A stretch of DNA of 64,000 nt from an uncultured Solirubrobacterales bacterium (GCA_963744245.1 CAVUST010000002.1:5891-69890); one strand, 5' to 3'; positions 9,954 through 19,311 are shown, numbered from the stretch's first letter. Notes: generated from the sequence alone by a model not told the origin. Numbers and translations: made by a program.

Positions 9954-10500
9954 TCACCGTTTTCGGAACAGGGTGTCGGCGTCGGTGATCTTCGCTCGCA
10001 TGTTTGTTTTCATCATTTGTAGAGCAGCGTCAGCGAGGTGCTCGTGAATGTGCGCCACGGCGTCGCGGGGGACGATGACTTGGAAGTGACGGACGTAGGC
10101 GTCTAGGGCGGAGTAGAGGACGCACTGCTCGGCGACTTGGCCGGTCCAGGATCAGCCGCTCGATCCCTTGGTTTCGCAGTAGGTACTCCAGGGAGGTTTC
10201 GTAGAAGATCGAGTGCCGTGCCTTAGTGATGAACGCTGCCCCTGGCGGCGGCAGGATGGGCTCAACGAGGGCGCGGTGTGCTCCGGCGAGTGCTTGCTCG
10301 CAGAGCTCGGCGGGACCTGCGCTCCAGTCGTCATAGTTGTCGTTGACATAGACGATTGGGGCGTCTTGTTCGCGCGCTCGCGCGATTAGCGCCTGCATGA
10401 CGGGCAGCACCTCCTCGACGGAGTTCCTCAGCGTGTCGGCGTCGTCGTGCTCGTAGCGGTTGAGCATGTCGATGACGACTAGCGCGGTGCCTGCGGCCAT
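9954..10500 (-). pseudogene. Isochorismatase/cysteine hydrolase family with one +1 frameshift at about 10146
   Basis: ALVVIDMLN and KARHSIFY, then the shifted frame continues TGQVAEQCVLYSALDAYVRHF to a stop at 9954. Confidence 0.8.
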
Positions 10501-10510
10501 CGGCTTGCCC

Positions 10511-11152
10511 TCAGCGTTTGGCGGGGGTGCGTTTCGCTTTGGCTTTATTCGTAGCGGCTCGTTTGGGGCGTGCCCTGGTGGTTGCTTTGCGGCGTTGCGC
10601 GGGCGGGATCTCGGCTTGTACGACGGCTTTGGTGAGGACCGGGATCTGGCGCTCGAGGAAGCTAGCCATGCTTTGCTCCTCACGGCGGATCGCACGTGCG
10701 AGCTTGGCGGTTTGGGTGTCGCCGAGCGTTTCGGCGAGCGTCTCGATCGCGGTGTAGGTCGCGATCTCCTCGTGCTCGTCGGCGTACTCGCTCTTGGCGT
10801 TCTTGAGCATCTTCTCTTGCTCGCCGGTGCCGCGGATGGCGTGCAGGGGCCCTTGGACGAGCGCCGCAGCCCGCTGGGCACCAGCGACTGCGGTCTGCGC
10901 GATCCCGGAGACGGCGCCAGGGCCTGGGAGATCGATCGTCTCTGGCGTGCCCCCAAGCTGTTTAACGCGCCGCTGCACGTCGCGGCCGTGGCGCTTGGTC
11001 TCTGTGAGATGGGCGCGCAGACGCTGCTTGTAGATGGTGCGCGTCGCGAGCTCGAGGTGTGCCTGAAGGGCGGTCTCCAGCCTGCGCTCTAGGCCATACG
11101 CCTCATTGAGATACTGGATCAGCTTGATCTTACTCTCGGGCAAATCCGCCAT
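10511..11152 (-). CDS. DUF892/YciF ferritin-like protein
   Basis: YLNEAYGLE, HLTETKRH and EHEEIATYTAIETLAE; AAGGAGG RBS. Confidence 0.85.
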   Translation of the reverse strand: MADLPESKIKLIQYLNEAYGLERRLETALQAHLELATRTIYKQRLRAHLTETKRHGRDVQRRVKQLGGTPETIDLPGPGAVSGIAQTAVAGAQRAAALVQGPLHAIRGTGEQEKMLKNAKSEYADEHEEIATYTAIETLAETLGDTQTAKLARAIRREEQSMASFLERQIPVLTKAVVQAEIPPAQRRKATTRARPKRAATNKAKAKRTPAKR

Positions 11153-11600
11153 GGTGTCCTCCTTGGTCGTGTGTTCGCTGCTACTACCCAGTGTGCGCTT
11201 AGCTCTGACGTGCATTCCTGAGAAACATCTTTCCTGAGCGGGAGATCGCAGTCTGCGGGCGCTCCGACCACGAGGCATCCGGTGTATTGGCCTAATTCGC
11301 TGCGCTGTAGATCAACGGACCGGTTCTTGAGCGGCGCATGAGCCGATAGTCGCGCAGGCTCGCCTTTCGCTCCGCCAAGGGTTGCGAACACGCGCGAAAG
11401 TTCCGCCGGGGGCTCTGCTCTGCTCTGGCGCAACCCAAAAACCAAGCGGCCGAGACGGGTGTTACTAGCACCCGCCCCGGCCTTACAGCACCGAAGAAGA
11501 TGCCTTCGATGCCGCCGGCTAACCGTAGCTCCTACGGCTAGTTCGCCTTGCATGGATCGTGGCGCCTTCTTCGGTGTCGAACCGAAAGGAAGTGTCCCAA

Positions 11601-12020
11601 ATGGGCATGACGATCAATCGCCGGTATCGGGATGCGCTGTACGACGGCCTGATGACGGACCTCTCCGCGCACGACGACCTTTTCACGCTCCTGCGCAACG
11701 ACGAAGCGACGGAGGCGAAGCGGCTTCACCACCGTTTCAAGGGCGAGCTTCGGCTGCTCGATGATCTCGGGTGGGAGCGCGAGCCCGAGGCTGAGCAGTT
11801 CGAGTTGACGATGGCGCCGCGTGAGCTTCGGCCGATCATCGAACGCGTCTATTGGTCGGCGGTCGCCTCACTCAACAACGAACCGGATCAGTTGATCGAT
11901 GAGGCGCTTGCCAATCTCAACGAAGCCGTCGTGGCGTGCCCGGAGATGCTTGCCCGACTCGCCGACGAGTTCATGGACGGCCAGCAGGGCACGGGCGTCG
12001 AGGAGGCGGCGGCAGCGTGA
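11601..12020 (+). CDS. Hypothetical acidic helical protein
   Basis: GAAAGGAAG RBS before the ATG at 11601; coupled to the next gene. Confidence 0.65.
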   Translation: MGMTINRRYRDALYDGLMTDLSAHDDLFTLLRNDEATEAKRLHHRFKGELRLLDDLGWEREPEAEQFELTMAPRELRPIIERVYWSAVASLNNEPDQLIDEALANLNEAVVACPEMLARLADEFMDGQQGTGVEEAAAA

Positions 12021-12244
12021 GCGCGACTGCGACTCGAATCCACAGCCCGGAGCAGCTTGGCCGGGCGATCCGTGCGAGACGCCGCGAGCTTCATCTCACG
12101 CAGCAGACAGTGGCGGACCTTACGGGGGTCAATCGGGTCGTAGTCGGGCAGCTTGAGCATGGCAAGAGCACGGTCCAGCTTCGGATCGTGCTCTTGGTCG
12201 TGCAGGTGCTCGGCATGGACGTAGAGCTTCGGAGGCGTGGATGA
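12017..12244 (+). CDS. XRE-family HTH protein (HipB-like)
   Basis: QLGRAIRARRRELHLTQQTVADLTGVNRVVVGQLEHGK. Confidence 0.85.
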   Translation: MSATATRIHSPEQLGRAIRARRRELHLTQQTVADLTGVNRVVVGQLEHGKSTVQLRIVLLVVQVLGMDVELRRRG

Positions 12245-12346
12245 ACGCTGATCGTCCTCACCGTCGAGCATTGTCCGAAAACGAGCTGCTGGGTGTCTAT
12301 GTCGTGCTCGGAGCCGGTGTTGGGCTCGTGTTGGCGCTCGTGTTCG

Positions 12347-13770
12347 GGTCGCGTCCCTTCAGCCGGGGGAATTGAATAGACGGGCGTAGCCTCCGCTTTG
12401 ACCCTGAAGAAGTCGAAGATGGAGGTACGCCCGCATGGAGAAGGTAGTCCCGAGCGAGAGGTTCCGCTCTGAACTGGACGTGATGCTGGCCGGTGTTGGC
12501 GGGGAGGAGGACCCGATCGAGACGGTCGGTCGTCTCGGTGCCCGGCTGATCCTGCAGCAAGCGCTGGAGGACGAGGTCACCGAGTTTCTCGGCCGCCGGC
12601 GCTATGAGCGCGCCGGTGAGACGGTCAGTCACCGCAACGGCTATGAGAAAAGGACGGTCAAGACGACGAGCGGCGCGATGCGCTTGGAGCGCCCGAGGGT
12701 CCGTGACGCGAAGCGGCTCGGGTTCGAGAGCCGGATCCTCGGCAAGGGCGTCGCCCGTACCCACGCTTTGGAGTCGTTGGTGATCAGTGGGTTCCTCAGG
12801 GGCCTGTCGACGAGGGATGTCGAGGCGGCGCTGGAGGAGGTCTTCGAGGAGCCGATCGCCTCACGCTCGACGGTCTCGAGGATCTGTGAGGACACCCGCG
12901 AGCGATACCGGCAGTGGTGCCGCCGGCGCCTGGAGGCACACGACATCGTCTACCTGTTCCTGGATGCGATCTACCTGAAGTTGCGCCCCGACGACACACC
13001 CTCTGAGGGCGTCCTTGTCTGCTGGGGGGTGACGCTCGAGGGGCGGAAGATCCTGCTCGGATTGGCTCTCGGAAGCCGCGAGAGCTATGACGCGTGGCTC
13101 GCGTTCGCGCGCGACATGATCGACCGCGGGCTGCGCTCACCGGCGCTCGTGGTCGCGGACGGGGCACCGGGAATCTGGAAGGCGACCCGCGAGCTCTGGC
13201 CGCACGCGCTGGAGCAGCGTTGCACCGTCCACGCCCTCAGGAACGTCACCTCAAAGCTCCCGGAGCGCCACCACGCCGAGGTCAAGGCGCGCTGGTGGAA
13301 AGCGTTCGATGAGGCCCGCTCCCCGGGCGAGGTGACCCGCGAGCTGCAGGGCATCATCGTCGACTACAAGGCCGCCTACCCATCGGCGATGGCCGTCATC
13401 GAAACGGACCTTCCGGCCCTGGTCTCGCATCTACGGTTCCCGTCCGAGCACCGCAAGCGGATACGGACCACGAATCTCCTCGAGAGAACGTTCGTGGAGG
13501 TCCGCCGGCGCACCAAGGTCATCGGCCGCTTCCCCGGCGAGACCTCAGCGCTGTCTCTGATCTGGGCCGTGCTCGAGCTCTCCACCCGCGGCTGGAGAGG
13601 AGTGAAGATGAACCCCAAGACCGTCGCGGAGATCGAGCGGCTGCGCCGTCAGCTGCGCGAGGACCCAGCCCCACCCGTGACCGTCGACGCCGAGGAGGTG
13701 ATCGCCGCATAGGATCCGCAGCAAGCGGAGCTACGCCCCGGTGATTTCACCCGGGAACTGGGACGCGACC
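12347..13770 (+). mobile_element. IS256-family insertion sequence
   Basis: Terminal IR GGTCGCGTCCC / GGGACGCGACC; 8-bp TSD CGTGTTCG at 12339-12346 and 13771-13778. Confidence 0.93.
12435..13712 (+). CDS. IS256-family (Mutator) transposase
   Basis: YLFLDAIY, LVVADGAPG, QRCTVH and TTNLLER. Confidence 0.95.
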   Translation: MEKVVPSERFRSELDVMLAGVGGEEDPIETVGRLGARLILQQALEDEVTEFLGRRRYERAGETVSHRNGYEKRTVKTTSGAMRLERPRVRDAKRLGFESRILGKGVARTHALESLVISGFLRGLSTRDVEAALEEVFEEPIASRSTVSRICEDTRERYRQWCRRRLEAHDIVYLFLDAIYLKLRPDDTPSEGVLVCWGVTLEGRKILLGLALGSRESYDAWLAFARDMIDRGLRSPALVVADGAPGIWKATRELWPHALEQRCTVHALRNVTSKLPERHHAEVKARWWKAFDEARSPGEVTRELQGIIVDYKAAYPSAMAVIETDLPALVSHLRFPSEHRKRIRTTNLLERTFVEVRRRTKVIGRFPGETSALSLIWAVLELSTRGWRGVKMNPKTVAEIERLRRQLREDPAPPVTVDAEEVIAA

Positions 13771-13878
13771 CGTGTTCGGCTGGCCGCCGCTGCCGCACGT
13801 CACTCTCGGGGTCGTCGCGGGCTCGGTGAGGAGCGGTTGGGAAGGGTTGAAGCGCGAGTGGCATGACCGAGGCGATGG

Positions 13879-14450
13879 CTAGGTCTGTCCGAGCAACTGC
13901 CGGTAGACGAGGCGAGTCTCGCGGGCGGGCTCAAGGCCTAGCTGCTCGTCAAGGGAGCGGGTGAGTTCGTCGTAGCGGCGGGTGATTGACTCGCGCAGGC
14001 CGAGGGAGTGTTCGGCTTGCAGCGCCAGCCGCCAGCTTGGCTCGTGTAGCTCCTCTAGGGAGATGGCTTGCTCTGCGAGTTGCAGCGCGGCGCGGGCGTC
14101 GCCGTGCGCGAGTCGTGCCCGTCCTACGCGCTCAAGTAGATCGACGAGCGTGGCGTGAAGGTTGCGCCGCTCGCCTTCGGCCCATAGGAAGTCGCTGCCC
14201 TCCAGCGGTTCGCCGCGCCACAGCGCGAGCGCTGTTTCGAGCGCGGCGGGGTCGTCGCCGTCGTCGTTGCCGAGCTGCCCGTCGGTGTTCAGGCCCCAGG
14301 CCATGACTTTCCCGGTTTTCAACAGCGCGAGGCTATGCAGTTCGCCGCCCGCCACCGCGGTCGCTTCTGTCAGCACTTTAACCGCCACCGCTTCTTTCTC
14401 GGTCGTGGTATTGCCGTTGCCGAGCTGACTGTCGTTGTTCAAGCCCAAGC
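13879..14450 (-). pseudogene. Chimeric fragment: RCC1 repeat joined in frame to the C-terminal part of a BTAD domain
   Basis: GGELHSLAL..VMAWGLNTDGQLGN followed by ALETALALWRGEPLEG..EELHEPSWRL..LGLEPARET. Confidence 0.65.
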
Positions 14451-14709
14451 CGCCGCACCGGAAGATTCCGAGGCCGATGCCGGCACCACGCCTGCCAGGA
14501 CGAGCGTGGCGAGCAGAGCCGGCCAGAACAATCTCGTCCACTTGCGAGAGTGATCACGGGTGTGATGCGCCCTCGTCGCCTGTCGTCCCCCAGTCCGGCC
14601 CACTTGCCCCTCCTCGGTTGATTGGTGCCAACCTAACCGTTTCTAGGCAGATGTCAATATCCGGTATCGTCGAAATAAGCCGCAGTTTGCGAATTACCAG
14701 ACTAGTCCG

Positions 14710-14727
14710 ACTGACTATATAGTCAGT
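14710..14727. promoter_or_regulatory. Perfect 18-bp palindrome ACTGACTATATAGTCAGT, putative operator
   Basis: Lies in an AT-rich stretch 46 bp upstream of the ATG at 14774. Confidence 0.6.
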
Positions 14728-14773
14728 ACATGTGCAAAAGCTGCCTCTGTGCTGGTAGCACTACCCAACCACG

Positions 14774-15724
14774 ATGACCCGAACACAGGGGCCTGTAACT
14801 CCGCGACGCGGCTACCGTCGCTGGCACTACGCCCCCAACGGGAGCTGGAACGCCGCGCGGATCGCGACAGCCATGCGCGCCTGGGCGAGGGAGACTGGAT
14901 CACCCCCGCGCTCATGGGAGTGGTGTCCCGGTGCCGCGCGCAGCGCGGGTCTGATGAGCGAGACGGAGAGCAAGTGGGAGCGCGAGCATCCCCGCTGGCC
15001 AGGCAATACCACCGTCTACCGCTATTTCGACTCATGGGCCGCGGCACTGGACGCCGCCGGACTGCCGCCCTTTGCCCGGCACGTGTACGAACTGCCCCTG
15101 GCCGAACGCATAGCGATCGCGGAGAGCATGGCCGCGGCTGGCGTCCCGGTCCGTGAGATTGCCGTCGAGCTCGACGTAGGTATCGCAACCGCACGTCGCT
15201 ACCTGAAGGCCCGCCCCTGCGTGGACTGTGCGGAGCCAGTCGTCGGCGACGGTGAGCGGTGCCGGCGCTGCACTACGCGACGCTCCAACCCAAAGCGCTG
15301 GTCCGCTCAAGAGCTACTGGACGCGATCGTCGCATGGGAGCAGTTGGAAGGTCGCCCACCGGCTACCGCGGACTGGCGACCATCCACCGACGCTCAGCGC
15401 AACCGCTGGCAGCGAGAGTTCCCGCGCTGGCCACCCGCCAGCGCGGCGCGCATCGTGTTCGGCAGCTGGACCGAGATGATGGCCGCCGCCGGGTATCCCC
15501 CGTATCACCCGCCGTGGGATGATCAACGCGTGATCAAAGCGCTACAGCGCATGGCGCGCGCGCTCGGCCGCGCACCACTCAAGGAAGAGTGCGACGAATC
15601 CCCCGACGGCTACCCCTCAGCATCAACGATCAGACGACGCTTCGGTTCCTTCACAGCCGGCATCCGCGCCGCAGGGCTGGAGCCGATCGGACGCCGCGGC
15701 AATCGCCCACCCGAGGACTCCTAA
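14774..15724 (+). CDS. Homing-endonuclease-associated repeat protein (three repeats, HTH, CxxC..CxxC)
   Basis: Three W..(I)..A....G.PP...W...P......FGSW..A..AAG units, plus CVDC/CRRC. Confidence 0.75.
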   Translation: MTRTQGPVTPRRGYRRWHYAPNGSWNAARIATAMRAWARETGSPPRSWEWCPGAARSAGLMSETESKWEREHPRWPGNTTVYRYFDSWAAALDAAGLPPFARHVYELPLAERIAIAESMAAAGVPVREIAVELDVGIATARRYLKARPCVDCAEPVVGDGERCRRCTTRRSNPKRWSAQELLDAIVAWEQLEGRPPATADWRPSTDAQRNRWQREFPRWPPASAARIVFGSWTEMMAAAGYPPYHPPWDDQRVIKALQRMARALGRAPLKEECDESPDGYPSASTIRRRFGSFTAGIRAAGLEPIGRRGNRPPEDS

Positions 15725-15957
15725 CGGACACAGTACGTGGGCGCTAGCAACTTGCGGTCCTCGCCGATGAACAGTTCGCGTTCGGCGAGCTTGGCGAGGG
15801 CCAGTGCGACTCCGGGAAAACAGTACCGATTTGGTACCCGCATGATGCACTTGCGCTCCGCTTCCCGAGTCAAAAATCCCTCTGTCGCTTAGAGGTCGGA
15901 TTTGAGAAGCGCCGGTTTGTGTAGCTTTGCACCTGCTTGGCGCCCGGAACCCAGGCT

Positions 15958-16215
15958 CTACCGCGACCGGCCCCTCTTGCCATTCTCATGCCTCTCGGCC
16001 TCGCGCAGCAGCTCTGAGGCTGGGACGCCGAGCCCGTCCGCGAGCGCCCAGAGAGCGCGCACGCTGACATTGCGCTCGCCGCGCTCAGCATCCCCGACGT
16101 AGTTGGTCGTCAGGCCAGAGTGGTCGCCGAGGGCTTCCTGTGTGAGATCGCGCGCCTTGCGCAGCTCGCGCACGGCGTCGCCGAGGGCACGGTGTCTTGG
16201 GCTAAGTGGTGGCAC
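15958..16215 (-). CDS. XRE-family HTH regulator (start uncertain)
   Basis: ALGDAVRELRKARDLTQEALGDHSGLTTNYVGDAERGERNVS. Confidence 0.85.
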   Translation of the reverse strand: MPPLSPRHRALGDAVRELRKARDLTQEALGDHSGLTTNYVGDAERGERNVSVRALWALADGLGVPASELLREAERHENGKRGRSR

Positions 16216-16567
16216 CCCTGCACCCTCTCTGAGTGCCCCCTGTTCGTCCACCAACCATCAGGGTGTTTCAGTGCTACTGTCCACGCGCCCAATGTCACTT
16301 GCGAATGGCGCGCCGAACCCGCACGACGGTATCGGGGCCTCCAGCGCAGATGACCGAGGGCAATGCCCGCAGACAAGTTGGCCCCGGCGCAGGATTGCAG
16401 TCCCGCCCGGGGCCGTGACACAGGAGGTCTTATCTCCCATGCACGAGCAGCGTAGTCCAGAGAGGTCCGAGGATATCGCTCGACTTGATGGGGCGATCCT
16501 CGGGCTTCTCGCCAGCCCTGTCCAGCAGCGTCCTCTCTCATCCGTGGAGGTGGCCCATGAGGAGCGC

Positions 16568-16936
16568 ATGACGGACCCCCTGGAGGTCTCTGTCTCCCTC
16601 CCTCCTCCGAGCGTCTTCTGGCGCACAGGAGGCACCGAGCTGGGAGCGGCGATCAGGTCGCGCCGGCAGGCGCTCCAGCTAAGTATCGAGTTCCTTGCCG
16701 GCAAGGCAGGGATGCACCCAACGTATCTCTCTGGCATCGAGCGCGGCATCAGGAATCCGACCTGGGACAGGATCTCCGACCTGGCGGAAGTCCTCGGCGT
16801 GCCCGTCTCGACCCTGGCCTGTGAGGCTGAGGATCGCCGCATCAAGCAGGCGCTCAATGCCGCAGCCGTCAGCGCCTACCGCGCGGCCTGTGCCCGGCAC
16901 GGCCACGACGAGCACATGACACAGGGGAGCCGGTAG
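16568..16936 (+). CDS. XRE-family HTH regulator (start uncertain)
   Basis: ELGAAIRSRRQALQLSIEFLAGKAGMHPTYLSGIERGIRNPT. Confidence 0.85.
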   Translation: MTDPLEVSVSLPPPSVFWRTGGTELGAAIRSRRQALQLSIEFLAGKAGMHPTYLSGIERGIRNPTWDRISDLAEVLGVPVSTLACEAEDRRIKQALNAAAVSAYRAACARHGHDEHMTQGSR

Positions 16937-16938
16937 CC

Positions 16939-17178
16939 GTGGGCTTCGCCTATCCATCCAAGGAGTTCGGCCAGACCCCGCCGCCGGAGGATGGGAGCAT
17001 CGTCCCGTGCCCCACATGCGTCAAGGGCCAGCGGCGCATCGGACTCATCCACCTCATCGGGTGCCCTGACTGCCTGGGCTCGGGCGTGCAGGGGTATGGC
17101 TTCTCTGCTCTCTCGGTCTTCGAGGACTGGGTGGATGACCCTCCCTCGGATGGCGATGAGGCTGGTGAGGGTGGGTAG
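16939..17178 (+). CDS. Small Zn-ribbon-like protein
   Basis: CPTC...CPDCLGSG; GTG 2 bp after the XRE stop. Confidence 0.4.
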   Translation: MGFAYPSKEFGQTPPPEDGSIVPCPTCVKGQRRIGLIHLIGCPDCLGSGVQGYGFSALSVFEDWVDDPPSDGDEAGEGG

Positions 17179-17312
17179 TGAAGCGACTTCGCCTTACCAG
17201 CCCCATCACTACGTCGTAGGCTGTGTGCTGGGGGTCATCGGCATGTGGGATCGGGACGGCCAACCCACATCAGCGGGCGTCCCTGTCCTGCGGTCCTGGG
17301 CTATGGTGCCGA

Positions 17313-17522
17313 TCACCATGCCGCAGCGAAGCGCCTGAGCCTTGAGACCCATTCCTCCACATTCTCGACATCCCTGCGAAACGAGGCTCTAGCAGCCTCA
17401 CGATCCATGTTCTGGCCCATGTACTCGTCATCATCGCAACGGGCCAAGTTCGCCCGGCAGTCCTCCGCCATGCGCTCGTGCCGCACGATCTCCTCTTCTA
17501 GCTGCTCCTTTGAGCTGAACAT
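17313..17522 (-). CDS. Small charged coiled-coil hypothetical protein
   Basis: 69 aa with an amphipathic helical pattern. Confidence 0.45.
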   Translation of the reverse strand: MFSSKEQLEEEIVRHERMAEDCRANLARCDDDEYMGQNMDREAARASFRRDVENVEEWVSRLRRFAAAW

Positions 17523-17562
17523 GCTTCGACGGTAGTACCGTCACGCTGATGCTGAGGCTTTT

Positions 17563-18036
17563 GTGCCGTTCACTGACTACCTGGGAAGGCAATGGCGAGT
17601 CGCCCGAGTCGCTGACATCCCGTTCCCGACCTCCGTCGGCGGCAACACGACCGGATGCCCACTTGACGACATCTGCAAACGCGCCTACGCCAAGAAGGGC
17701 GAAAATGTCACGAGCAAGGAAGTCATAGCCTCGCTCACGGCCCGGCGATCAGAGGTGAGGGCCTGCTGGCATCACCGCTTCACCCGTGCTGAGCATCTGT
17801 ATGTGGCGGAGCTATCATGCTGGTTCGTTGAGCATGAAGTCGAGCCATATAGTGATAGCTTCGTGCCCGTCGTCAAGAGGGACGGCTTCTCGGTCGAGGT
17901 CCAGCACGCCGTCCAAGAGCTCTTTGAGTACCCTCTCCGCTGGTCATTCATCAAGGGCGGAGCCCTCCGCAACGGTCGCCACAAGCTATGCGCTCTGAAG
18001 GCGAACAGAATACCCCGCGTCGCCGTCAGGATATGA
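17563..18036 (+). CDS. Hypothetical protein with a weak ParB/Srx-like C-terminal motif
   Basis: LRNGRHKLCALKANRIPRVAV resembles DGxHRxxA...VPV. Confidence 0.5.
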   Translation: MPFTDYLGRQWRVARVADIPFPTSVGGNTTGCPLDDICKRAYAKKGENVTSKEVIASLTARRSEVRACWHHRFTRAEHLYVAELSCWFVEHEVEPYSDSFVPVVKRDGFSVEVQHAVQELFEYPLRWSFIKGGALRNGRHKLCALKANRIPRVAVRI

Positions 18037-18060
18037 GGTGAGAGGGGAAGCGTGAAGGCG

Positions 18061-19260
18061 TTACTCAGTTGTCTGGCTGAGTTTCTGCTGGAGCGACCTC
18101 ACGTAGTATTTGAATAGTGGCTCGTTAAACTTGTACAACCCGCGCGATACGGAAACCACAATGCCGAGCTTCTTCAGCGTTGTGATAAACGATGTGAGCG
18201 TTGCGCTTGGAAACGGCAGCTTCTCCTCAATAAACCTCAGAGGTACGTTTTCCTCTGGATACTCACTCATCGCAATCGCGATACTTCTCTTTGTGCCTTC
18301 GCCCGTGAGATCCCATAGTTTCTCCAGGTAGTCGCGCTGGTCCGCGATGACCACGTTGATACCCGCAATGAGGGATTCCTCGTTGATCTTGGCTTCCTCT
18401 GTCGCGTCAAAGGCAGCAGAGCCCAGCAGGTGGATCTGGTTCGGAATACCTCTCGCCAGCCTCGCGATTTCCGCAGCAACGGTGGCTTCAATGCTCACAT
18501 GACTATCGTTGAGAGCGCGATCTATCACGCCGAGCGATTCCATGCTGTCCAAAGGCATGAGCTTGATTTTCTTGAAGATCCGCGGCACGGATTGATGGCC
18601 CTGCTTTAGCGTCTCCTCAACCGTACTGATGCCCACTGGCAGCAAGATAACGCTCTCCAGTTCCCTCTTAGTCATCATTTCTGTCACCGTCTTGAAGAAG
18701 GTCGGTACGCCGTAATTGCTCGCAATTCTGTCTAGCTCATCGATCACGAGCAGAATGCCATCAAAATGGTCCGACAGCTTGTCCCATGCCTCACAGAGCT
18801 GGTCAATAAAAGAGGCAACTAGATCCTGAGGTGGCCTGGCAGCGTCGTCCAATTCGAATTTCAGCAACTTGAGATCAATCGTCGTCTTGACCTTTAGCGA
18901 AGCCGCCTTCTTTTGCTGTGCTCTATCCAACTCGTCCAGAAGGCCATTTACGATATCGATGATGCTGTGCCCGTCCTGCGCCGTATATTCCGCGACGACG
19001 AAGTTAAAGTGAAGTCCCTCGTATTCATGCGGCAGCAGACTCAAGTAACTCGTCTCACCCCGAGCTATCCCTTGCAGCTGGCTAGACAGAGAACTCTTGC
19101 CTACGCCGCTATCTCCGGTTATAAGGCCATGACGCACATTACCGTGGGCCGCCTGATGCAATAGCCGAGCACCCTCTTCAAGCTGTGCTCGCCTGCCCGA
19201 GAATAGCTCGGGATTACGAAGAATCTTTCCTGGTGAGAACGGGTTGGGACGAAGGGCCAT
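18061..19260 (-). CDS. STAND/AAA ATPase with C-terminal winged helix, no effector domain seen
   Basis: NPF.PG..FSGR N-terminus, Walker A GDSGVGKS, Walker B LLVIDELD; lower GC than flanks. Confidence 0.88.
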   Translation of the reverse strand: MALRPNPFSPGKILRNPELFSGRRAQLEEGARLLHQAAHGNVRHGLITGDSGVGKSSLSSQLQGIARGETSYLSLLPHEYEGLHFNFVVAEYTAQDGHSIIDIVNGLLDELDRAQQKKAASLKVKTTIDLKLLKFELDDAARPPQDLVASFIDQLCEAWDKLSDHFDGILLVIDELDRIASNYGVPTFFKTVTEMMTKRELESVILLPVGISTVEETLKQGHQSVPRIFKKIKLMPLDSMESLGVIDRALNDSHVSIEATVAAEIARLARGIPNQIHLLGSAAFDATEEAKINEESLIAGINVVIADQRDYLEKLWDLTGEGTKRSIAIAMSEYPEENVPLRFIEEKLPFPSATLTSFITTLKKLGIVVSVSRGLYKFNEPLFKYYVRSLQQKLSQTTE

Positions 19261-19311
19261 TAGACTATCTCGACTATAGAGCGGCAAATCCGAGCACGCG
19301 GGAATAACCCC

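Larger units (their letters stand above)
12241..13882 (+). pseudogene. Small membrane-protein ORF (about 69 aa) interrupted by IS256
   Basis: ATGA-coupled to the HTH gene; removing the IS and one TSD restores MNAD...LVLALVFGWPPLPHVTLGVVAG...DG*. Confidence 0.55.

Noticed and set aside
10030-10956. 308-aa ORF in the track
   Set aside because: It is an alternate frame over DUF892 run into the isochorismatase 5' half. The real start is 10500.
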